NCBI GenBank assembly: GCA_002346675.1
Contig: DEAI01000006.1
Coordinates: forward strand, 9,565-73,564
Length of the DNA: 64,000 bases
Source: Fidelibacterota bacterium UBA2986
Lineage (GTDB): Bacteria > Fidelibacterota > Marinisomatia > Marinisomatales > AB-629-J13
Direction: 5' to 3'
Part shown: positions 10,008 through 18,119 of the stretch, one piece after another
Numbering within the stretch: position 1 is the stretch's first letter
How the letters are laid out: each line of letters opens with the position of its first letter
Notes under the pieces: model-generated
The model's database searches: none
What the model saw: only the letters and a program-made list of their open reading frames with translations
Told to the model about the DNA's origin: nothing
Made by a program: the position numbers and the translations under genes

Positions 10008-10226
10008 TTTTAATTCCTCCATTATAATTGACTTCAAATTTCAATAATCATTTTGGTATAAAAAACTTTAAACCCCACCCATCCTATCGTAAACGAGAAC
10101 AAAGCGAGATCATCTTCTCTCACACCAAACCTTACTACTTCTAAAATCTTTTCGGCAGAACACCTTTATAGCAAAAATATTGCGACTCTCTCCGACTGCC
10201 TTTTCCCATACCCTCCAACAAGAAAT

Positions 10227-10258
10227 CATGCGGGAGCGGCCTTTGCCGCCCCCGCATG
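10227..10258 (-). terminator. Rho-independent terminator of the 2,472-aa gene
   Basis: Minus-strand RNA is CAUGCGGGGGCGGC-AAAG-GCCGCUCCCGCAUG, a 14-bp stem with one G-U pair, followed by AUUUCUUGUU. It starts ~12 nt after the stop at 10271-10273. Confidence 0.8.
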
Positions 10259-10270
10259 ACCATGTTTTTT

Positions 10271-13200
10271 TTATTTCATCAAAACCATCTTCTTCATAGC
10301 GTGAAAGTCTCCCGCGGTGATCATGTATAGATATACACCACTTGAAACCGGCTCGCCCTGAAGATTGTGACTGTCCCACACAACACTGTGGAAACCAGCA
10401 GGCACGTGCGCCTGAACCAGGTCAGCTACTTTCTGTCCCATCATGTTGTAAACAGCGATGGATACATCAGAAGCTTCCGGAATCTGATAGCTGATATTTG
10501 TCACAGGATTGAACGGATTCGGAAAATTCTGCTCAAGACCAAAGGCCTCCGGAACTTCCGGTACCCTGTTCAGGGTCATATGAGTTACGCTTCCTGGAAG
10601 AGAAACGGTTCCCATTCCATCCAAGACGATCTCTTCGCCATCTGCTGCAAGCACCCACAGCATGTAGTCACCGGCATCCTTAACAATGTTGTACTCAATG
10701 ACCAGCTCACTGGAGGGGTTCATCACATCAATAACAGCTGCATCTTCAGCGATCTTTGTGTCACCCGCAAAACGGACATCAAAAGCTCCATCAAAAGGCT
10801 TTGGCGGCAGACTGTGGCTCAGCGCGAGCTCCTCTGTTACCTCAACACCAAAGTGAAGTTTCATTCCGTTTACTGTCAGCGAGTTAGCTGTCAGCTCAGC
10901 TCTAGTTCTCGGCAACGAAGCGCCGGATGAGAGATAGACCATTCCATCCGCTGACGCTCTCAGCCAGTATCCCTTTCCAGGTGTAACTGCGTTCACCGGC
11001 TCTGAGTATGGATACCCATAGAGCGTTCCCTCTATGACTACACCGTCTGGGTCATCAATCCCTGCATCCTGAGATACTGAACCAATGAGATTCCAACCGG
11101 CAGATAGTGAGATACCAAGGTCATCAACTGGATCACCGGTCTGAGTGTCTGACCCATCAGAGTCAAATCTCAGCCAGTATCCCTGTCCGTTGTTTAGCGC
11201 ATCAACCGCAACATATGGATACTCATAGAGCGTACCTTCAATGTGTCCGCTAAAGAGATCTCCGACACCGTTTGCGTCTGTACCAACTGCCAAACTAACC
11301 ATGTTCCAGCCAGCTGAGTGATCCACTGTAACATCCACCGTACTGGTACCGCCAGCAGCTGCGCAGGCCTCTTCAGATGGATCTGAGTAGATACCACCAT
11401 CAATAGCGTAAACCCAACCACAGACTTCGTCTCCATCACCGAAACCATAAATGGTTATCGATGTTTCCACTGTCTGAAAGCAGTAGTCCGTACCGGCAAA
11501 TGCAAAACACAGCTCAAAGATAATATCTCTGAGACCGTGCTCAAATTCAAAGCTGCCGTCATTAATATTGAACTGCGATGCAGACACATCACGTCCCCCA
11601 GAACTAATAGTAAAAGAGGTGCTCTCCATGGTAGTAAAGTCACCGCCAGAGGCGAGAATCGTTCCATCATCCAGAGACAGCTCATAGTATCCTTCACCAT
11701 AGCTACAGCAAATACCATCTCCATAGGCGTCATAGATCGTGAACGTATAGTCACCATCTTCCAGCTCAACAGGGGTGCTGTACATTGTGTTGCTCTCATA
11801 ACCTTCACCATTTGCTACAATGTTACCATCTGCATCAGCTATATCCCAGGAGGTCTCGCTACCATAGTTATCTGTAAGTATGTCTACATTGACCACGGTT
11901 CCGCTCGGCTCTGGGAAATCATAATCCCAGGACCAGGTTATTGCGGGATAGTCCGCCCCATCGACGTTAAGCCATCCGCCCTCTGCGACCACATTGGATG
12001 GTGCGTCAGGAGGCTCAACATATACCAACATTGCACATGCTGGGCTTGACGGAGGACTCTCTATTCCCCCAGAACTCGCTGTAACTTCGTAGCAGTACTC
12101 CACATTTTCTACAATGTCAGAGTCTTCAAATCCAGTCAGCAACATATCTGAGGCAATGGCCGCGCCGTCACGGTATACTGTGTAGGTGGTCTGCTCAAAA
12201 TCAATAAGCTCAACTACCATTGTATATGTACCCTCAAACGCTCCATTCCAGAAATCACCAACGGCAAAATTTGCAACCATTGGATGGTCTGAGTTGTTTG
12301 TCCATGTAACATCGTGCTCAGTAAGATCAGGACTGTAGACTTGGGTATAGGACTCATCTAACTCAAAAACCCAGATACCTACGTCCATATTACCTGAGAC
12401 ATCTACATCACCCTCTGTAACAACGAGGCGCAGACTCTGACCGTTGTTTACCGAGATCTGAAACCAATCGGGGTCAACAGAACAGTGCACAAGGTCATAG
12501 GTTCCCGGACCAATGTCCCAGGAAGTACCTGAGCCATCATTGTCCTCATATTCATCGTCAACACATTCCTCTACAGACTCGCCCTCTTCAATGGTAAATG
12601 CAAACGGTCCTGAATCGTAGGCATTATACCAGTAGAGATATAGATCCTGCCCAGCTGTCACATTAAACTCGACAGTTGAGGGACCATAATAACCACAGCA
12701 GTCATCGTTGTAGGTTAGGATGTCGGTATAACTTCCCTCTTCATTTGTCTCACAAGAGCCCAGAACGTATAGATAGGTGTCCCAAGCTGCGTCATCAGTT
12801 TCATTCTGAGATGAGATCGTTATGCTGCCATCTGCACCAACTGAATAATGAAACCACTGGCTCTCACCGCTGGCGTCATTGCTTCCCCCAGAGGCAGAAA
12901 GAGGATACTCACATACCTGACCATCATAAACACAGCTGCCATCATCTTCCGTAGCATCTGGGTTATAGTTTGCAGCGTCAGGATCTGTACAGCCAAAAAC
13001 ATCCACTGAACCGCCAACCTCAAAGCTGGTCGAACCATCGGTGCCACTTTCAAGGGTCCAGTTCAGATATACCGTTCCATCAGTTCCGGTAACGGTAAGA
13101 TAGTTCCCGTTCCATCCATCACCATAAGAATCTGCACCGGTAACATCATAGTTTCCGCCTTCAAGACACTCTTCGCTGGTGTAAGGTGCTCCCCCAGAGA

Positions 13201-16200
13201 ATGAGGAACCATCTTCACCATTTATGGTCCACGATACCTCACTCTGCCAGCTTCCGCCGTCACAGGATATTATAACCTCTGTGGCATTGCACTCCGGTGG
13301 TGGAGGAGGCTCATCGCCATCTACAAAAAGCGTTCCGCTATAGGGAGCTCCGCCATCCAAAAGGACTTCACCACTTGCAACATCGCTGATTGTCCATGAG
13401 ACTTCACTCTGATAGCTTCCGCCATCGCAAGATACACTGTAGCTTCCATTATCAATATCTAAATACTCTTCTGCATAGTTGCCAGTATCAAAGGTAAAGC
13501 AGCTCTGCTCATATCCGCCACCGATACACAGCTCATTACCGTTCCAACCGTCACCCCAAGAATCATACATCTGAACTAAGAGAGTAGCTCTGACATCTTG
13601 GTCCACGGTCTGTGCTCTAGCCTGAGCGATTAGCTCCTGGAGCTCAGCATGCGAGGAGGCAACGCTGTTGCGGCCGCTTGACATTATTTGCTGGAATTTT
13701 TTCTCATTGTTATAAGCTTCCAACGCGGCAGGGTTTCCATGCCCATAAGGATGGAGACCTGATATTTTAAGCTCATCTTTGCTTTGGTTTAGAGCTTTTT
13801 TAGATCCAGGCCTGTCTATTGAATACTGCCTATTAGATGCGGTACCCATGTCACCAAACTCACCTGACCGTCCACCGGGTGAAACATATGGCGGATCCCA
13901 AGCAAGATCTATGGACTCTACCAAAGGAGTAGCTGTCAGGTTTTGTGGACACTCAGGACAGTCCACACCCTCAACCCCAATGGTCAACTCATAGGTAATT
14001 GGATCTTCACCTGCGTAGTAGATAACACCCACATATACTGTCATGGGGTCATCCGACAGATTTGCATAGGTTGCCGCCTCAGTGGCATCCCAGTTTCCGC
14101 TTCCCGCGAGGTCATCACCGCCACCCCAATCACAAATTCCATCGCCATCATAGTCCTCAACAAACAGGTCAATATCGTTACCTGCGTCACCTGTTCCCAA
14201 AGTGGAAACATTCAGGTTTGACCATGGGCCTACTGTGACAACGCTCCAGTCAATTGCCGTAAAACCACCAGGCTGCACAGCACCATCTGGGTTGTCTGAT
14301 GTACACAGCGCATAGCCCCAGGTACCGTTCTCACCGTGATCTGTTGCAATATCTTTTGTGTCATCATCCTCATACATGTCATCAGCGCACAAGCCCTCTG
14401 CTCCTACCGTGAGCTCATAATCACCCATCATACCACCGTAGCCATCTACCACTATATAGTAGGTGTTTCCGGCTACCAGGTCAACCGACAAACTGCTCAG
14501 CCAGCTGGTGTGAGAGTTAGCACACTCATCATCGTTACATCCAGCCAAAACACTTGCGTCGTTTTCATAGACATAGACCTTGGTGTCGTAATAGGTACCC
14601 TCACCGCAGAGACTTATATCTACAGATATATCCTCGGTAGCATCATATCTGTACACCACATCCGGAGATGTACTCCCTGCGTATGGACATACCTCATCAT
14701 AGTTATCATAAAATCCTAATGTTGTACCAAAAGTGGTAAATGGGATCGCACCCACAACAAACGGATCGTCCATTGTATCACCCTCAATACCGGCGATCGA
14801 TGAAGCACAGGCCTCATTTGAGTGCCCCGATTCCTCTCCACCAGGGAGCATCTGTGAGACCGTATAACAGTTCTCAACATCGGGCTCTACATCGCCATCA
14901 AAATAACTTACACCTGTAATACCTTCCGCAATGGGATCGCCATAGCGAAACACATTGAAAGTTGGCACATACAACTCCTGAACATCAACGGTGAGCTCAA
15001 AGTCCTGGTCAGGCTCCAACATTGCAGGAAACAAGATAGAACCCATCCCACCACCATAGCCGTCTTCAGTTATCGTAAACTCGTGGGAAATGCACGTACC
15101 ATCAAAGGTATAGCTACTTACCAACCAGTCATCACAGCCACAGTCATCCATAACAATGATACCGGTATTGGTCATACCCTCAGCACCACAGAGCGTGATA
15201 CTTACGGAGTTGTTCGCATAGGGAAGCTCTATATCATACCACACCGCATACCAATCTAATACGCCCTCACAGTCTACGGTAGAGCTTGATGTTGTACCAC
15301 TTACGGTTACCGGATATGGGCCGCTAACTGGCTCAGCATCTTCACAGAGATCATTTGCCGGTGCAGGATACTCACAGCAGCCATCATCAATGGTAGGGTC
15401 TCCAACACTCATGCCCTCACAGTTATATCCATAGTTTGTAGCATTGACATCTGTACAGCCGAGCACCTCACCGGTTTCACCCAACTCTAAGATACCCGAG
15501 TACGGGGCACCTCCAGACAACAGCTCTTCACCAGAATTGGTGTCAACTATTTGCCAGGAAACCTCGCCCTGCCAGGAACCACCATCACAGCTGACATCAT
15601 AGACACCATCTGCCAAACTCAGGCTTGCTGTTCCGTCTGTTCCGGATTCCAATGTAAATGAATTTTCACCGATCATAAGCACGTTTCCGTTCCACCCGTC
15701 TCCGTAGGAATCCTGCATATTGATGGTAAGATCCGTGTCTCTCAAATTAAGGTCAGTATCAGCGATATTTGTTGATACATTGTAGAACCCAGATGCGTGC
15801 CTTACTTCGGGCTCATCACCTTTAGCAGGGTTGCTACCAAAAAGGTCCACCACGTCCGTGTTCGTTGGGGTTGCAGTGAGAGCGTTTGTGACAACAGGCT
15901 CCCAGCTCAGATTGACCCCTCCGGGTACACCCTCAGCAGAAAGGGTCGGCTGATTTGGGTTATTAAAAGCGGTAACTGTCAACACATAGTCACCAAAGGA
16001 AGAGCCATAGCCAAAGACCTTGACCCAGCCCGTACCAGGAGTAACAGGCATAAGCGTGAACTCTGACTGCAAACCGCAAAAATCATCGTTCTCTACGAGA
16101 AAATTATCACAGCCATTCCAGATCTCCATCTTTGTATCAAAGCCAGAGCCACACAGAGACACTGTAAGATTATCATAATCATCATCTACATCAAAGGAGT

Positions 16201-17689
16201 ACCAGCGATAGTCACCGGGCTCTGTGGTTGCTCCGGTTGCCGAATCTCCATTGACATCTACGGTGAGCGGAAATTCACACAGCATACCTAAATCATAGAC
16301 ACATGATCCGTCATCCACTGTGGCATCTGGGTTGTAGTTCAGCGCTTCTGAATCAGTACAACCAAAAACATCTTCCACTTCACCCAATGAAAATATTCCA
16401 TCATGGGGCGCTCCACCTGAGGCCACATTACCGCTGCCATCGGTATAATCTAGACTCCAGCTCACCTCACTTTGGTAGGAACCATAGTCAACAACAATGC
16501 TGTAGTTTCCATCAGCAACACAGAGCACATCGGCTCCCTCTGATCCCTCATCCAATGTTCCCTCAGCTACTAAATTGCCGTCGGATAGATCGTTAATGAT
16601 ATACACATTGCCGTTCCACCCATCTCCATAGGTATCATACATTGACATTGTGATATCATTGGCATCACACTCATCGTACTCGCATGAAGCGTCATCTATA
16701 TTGGCATCAGGGTTATAGTTATTTGCCTGTGGATCAGTACATCCTTCTACGGCAGCCGTCCAGCCAATCTCAAAGTCAGCGGGGTCTGCTGTATACCATC
16801 CGGCAATACGAATGTGAATTGTACTTCCAATTCTTCCCTCAGTTGACTCTCCATAGTAGTCAACACCGGTGGCATGAAACAGCTGCTCAAAGTACTGGTA
16901 GCCATAATTAATAAAATCGGCATAACTGCCATACTCATCCAAACCACAAGTACCAATAGCCTGAATCATTTCATATTCTGGATAGCTGACCGTAAGAATA
17001 CCTGCCTCAGGTATGGTAAAAGTATACCATCCCTCTCCGCCATCGTGAGCATTGGTACCAACAGCTCCCTCTAAAGGATATTCACACACATCACCGTTAT
17101 AAAAACAGCTGCCGTCATCTGTATTGGCAGACTCATCATAATTGATTGCATCGGGGTCTGTACACCCATATACCGGAATGTCACCACCGACGGTAAACAT
17201 AAATGAACCCTCAGCGCCGCTGTCTATGGTTCCCTGACCAAGCACATTGCCATCGGGATCAGAAAACGATATAGTTCCCCCGTTCCACCCATCACCATAG
17301 GAGTCATAAAGATATACTGTAAAATCACCATCCTCCAAGGATAACACCACTGTAGGAGTACCATCGCCACCCGCACCGGAGTCTACGATGTTGGAGTTAG
17401 CATCCATCACCTCCCATGAATTTTCAGTGGACCAACTTCCAGGAACATATTCCCGGGTAACTTCGGTACTTCTAAATCCAGGGGTGTAATTTACTTCTCT
17501 CACGATAGTATCTGGTGTATTTCCAGACTCATAATATTCTGCTTTTTCCTTTTCAATCAAGGACTGAGCATATTCATTTGTTGCTTTGGTTGGATCAACC
17601 AGCCTCTGGTTCTCCACCTCTGCAAAGACAGAGGTAACCATAAGAGCGGCTACAAAGCTAAACAATATGGATTGTTTAAGTAGTTTCAT
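10271..17689 (-). CDS. Giant (2,472 aa) acidic modular secreted surface protein with a T9SS C-terminal sorting domain. Carries repeated 'GDGWNG'/'SEVSW' modules, pre-peptidase-C-terminal (PPC)-like beta-sandwich modules and Fn3-like modules. No catalytic domain recognised.
   Basis: Uninterrupted ORF. AGGAG lies 7 nt upstream of ATG 17689. Signal peptide is MKLLKQSILFSFVAALMVTSVFA. 'DDEYEDNDGSGTSWDIGPGTYDLVHCSVDPDWFQISV' and 'DDMYEDDDTKDIAT...' fit the PPC-domain pattern. C-terminus 'EQNFPNPFNPVTNISYQIP...SGVYLYMITAGDF..KKMVLMK' is a T9SS tail. Confidence 0.85.
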   Translation of the reverse strand: MKLLKQSILFSFVAALMVTSVFAEVENQRLVDPTKATNEYAQSLIEKEKAEYYESGNTPDTIVREVNYTPGFRSTEVTREYVPGSWSTENSWEVMDANSNIVDSGAGGDGTPTVVLSLEDGDFTVYLYDSYGDGWNGGTISFSDPDGNVLGQGTIDSGAEGSFMFTVGGDIPVYGCTDPDAINYDESANTDDGSCFYNGDVCEYPLEGAVGTNAHDGGEGWYTFTIPEAGILTVSYPEYEMIQAIGTCGLDEYGSYADFINYGYQYFEQLFHATGVDYYGESTEGRIGSTIHIRIAGWYTADPADFEIGWTAAVEGCTDPQANNYNPDANIDDASCEYDECDANDITMSMYDTYGDGWNGNVYIINDLSDGNLVAEGTLDEGSEGADVLCVADGNYSIVVDYGSYQSEVSWSLDYTDGSGNVASGGAPHDGIFSLGEVEDVFGCTDSEALNYNPDATVDDGSCVYDLGMLCEFPLTVDVNGDSATGATTEPGDYRWYSFDVDDDYDNLTVSLCGSGFDTKMEIWNGCDNFLVENDDFCGLQSEFTLMPVTPGTGWVKVFGYGSSFGDYVLTVTAFNNPNQPTLSAEGVPGGVNLSWEPVVTNALTATPTNTDVVDLFGSNPAKGDEPEVRHASGFYNVSTNIADTDLNLRDTDLTINMQDSYGDGWNGNVLMIGENSFTLESGTDGTASLSLADGVYDVSCDGGSWQGEVSWQIVDTNSGEELLSGGAPYSGILELGETGEVLGCTDVNATNYGYNCEGMSVGDPTIDDGCCEYPAPANDLCEDAEPVSGPYPVTVSGTTSSSTVDCEGVLDWYAVWYDIELPYANNSVSITLCGAEGMTNTGIIVMDDCGCDDWLVSSYTFDGTCISHEFTITEDGYGGGMGSILFPAMLEPDQDFELTVDVQELYVPTFNVFRYGDPIAEGITGVSYFDGDVEPDVENCYTVSQMLPGGEESGHSNEACASSIAGIEGDTMDDPFVVGAIPFTTFGTTLGFYDNYDEVCPYAGSTSPDVVYRYDATEDISVDISLCGEGTYYDTKVYVYENDASVLAGCNDDECANSHTSWLSSLSVDLVAGNTYYIVVDGYGGMMGDYELTVGAEGLCADDMYEDDDTKDIATDHGENGTWGYALCTSDNPDGAVQPGGFTAIDWSVVTVGPWSNLNVSTLGTGDAGNDIDLFVEDYDGDGICDWGGGDDLAGSGNWDATEAATYANLSDDPMTVYVGVIYYAGEDPITYELTIGVEGVDCPECPQNLTATPLVESIDLAWDPPYVSPGGRSGEFGDMGTASNRQYSIDRPGSKKALNQSKDELKISGLHPYGHGNPAALEAYNNEKKFQQIMSSGRNSVASSHAELQELIAQARAQTVDQDVRATLLVQMYDSWGDGWNGNELCIGGGYEQSCFTFDTGNYAEEYLDIDNGSYSVSCDGGSYQSEVSWTISDVASGEVLLDGGAPYSGTLFVDGDEPPPPPECNATEVIISCDGGSWQSEVSWTINGEDGSSFSGGAPYTSEECLEGGNYDVTGADSYGDGWNGNYLTVTGTDGTVYLNWTLESGTDGSTSFEVGGSVDVFGCTDPDAANYNPDATEDDGSCVYDGQVCEYPLSASGGSNDASGESQWFHYSVGADGSITISSQNETDDAAWDTYLYVLGSCETNEEGSYTDILTYNDDCCGYYGPSTVEFNVTAGQDLYLYWYNAYDSGPFAFTIEEGESVEECVDDEYEDNDGSGTSWDIGPGTYDLVHCSVDPDWFQISVNNGQSLRLVVTEGDVDVSGNMDVGIWVFELDESYTQVYSPDLTEHDVTWTNNSDHPMVANFAVGDFWNGAFEGTYTMVVELIDFEQTTYTVYRDGAAIASDMLLTGFEDSDIVENVEYCYEVTASSGGIESPPSSPACAMLVYVEPPDAPSNVVAEGGWLNVDGADYPAITWSWDYDFPEPSGTVVNVDILTDNYGSETSWDIADADGNIVANGEGYESNTMYSTPVELEDGDYTFTIYDAYGDGICCSYGEGYYELSLDDGTILASGGDFTTMESTSFTISSGGRDVSASQFNINDGSFEFEHGLRDIIFELCFAFAGTDYCFQTVETSITIYGFGDGDEVCGWVYAIDGGIYSDPSEEACAAAGGTSTVDVTVDHSAGWNMVSLAVGTDANGVGDLFSGHIEGTLYEYPYVAVDALNNGQGYWLRFDSDGSDTQTGDPVDDLGISLSAGWNLIGSVSQDAGIDDPDGVVIEGTLYGYPYSEPVNAVTPGKGYWLRASADGMVYLSSGASLPRTRAELTANSLTVNGMKLHFGVEVTEELALSHSLPPKPFDGAFDVRFAGDTKIAEDAAVIDVMNPSSELVIEYNIVKDAGDYMLWVLAADGEEIVLDGMGTVSLPGSVTHMTLNRVPEVPEAFGLEQNFPNPFNPVTNISYQIPEASDVSIAVYNMMGQKVADLVQAHVPAGFHSVVWDSHNLQGEPVSSGVYLYMITAGDFHAMKKMVLMK

Positions 17690-17761
17690 TTTCTACTCCT
17701 TTTTATTTTGGTTAAATGCAAATAAATTAAATTATTTTCACAAGAAAATGTGGGACGAAAA

Positions 17762-17826
17762 AGGCAGGGAGAGGGGACTGCCGACAGTCTGTCGGCACGG
17801 ACGGAAAGGGGTTGGGAAAACTGCCT
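17762..17826 (-). promoter_or_regulatory. GC-rich nested hairpin followed by a U-run in the putative 5' leader of the 2,472-aa gene (attenuator/terminator-like)
   Basis: Outer stem is AGGCAG (17762-17767) with CTGCCT (17821-17826). The inner near-perfect palindrome tGCCGACAGtCTGTCGGCa is at 17779-17797. On the minus strand the structure is followed by UUUUUCG, ~70 nt upstream of the ATG. It is an isolated GC island in an AT-rich spacer. Confidence 0.4.
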
Positions 17827-18119
17827 GGAGCAAGTCACAGTGCTATTTTCCTGCCTCAAGTGTACGACACCAATATGAGATAAAATACCGGTGCAAACCG
17901 TACTTTAATGATAAGGTCTTCCACATAGCTCGGTCGCAAATGTATAAACCCTAATCACACAATACAAGAGAAATAATCTGATAAAAGTCAAAATATGATT
18001 TACATCACATCTGCGCTTTTTAATCATTGAGCTACAGCTTATTTATTTTTATTTAAAAGTAATGAAAAGCCGTAATTTTTCCTAATCTTTTTCAAGTGTT
18101 TATTTAAAATAAGGAAACC

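Noticed and set aside
10110-10379. 89-aa minus-strand ORF spanning the spacer between the giant genes
   Set aside because: It overlaps the 3' end of the 2,472-aa gene in another frame and runs through that gene's terminator hairpin (10227-10258). No RBS, and the sequence is not protein-like.
441-17074. About 35 short track ORFs (61-187 aa) lying inside the two giant genes, most on the plus strand and some on the minus strand in other frames (for example 441-695, 4965-5348, 5612-6049, 8015-8323, 10367-10930, 11537-12049, 14336-14719)
   Set aside because: All lie wholly within the long uninterrupted minus-strand ORFs. Their products are low-complexity (His/Arg/Pro/Ser-rich) mirror translations of the Asp/Gly/Trp-rich repeats, and several repeat because the coding modules repeat. 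They are shadow ORFs.
17586-17954. 122-aa plus-strand ORF in the divergent spacer
   Set aside because: It starts inside the signal-peptide codons of the 2,472-aa gene on the opposite strand and crosses the GC hairpin. No RBS and no recognisable motif. Likely non-coding promoter/leader DNA.
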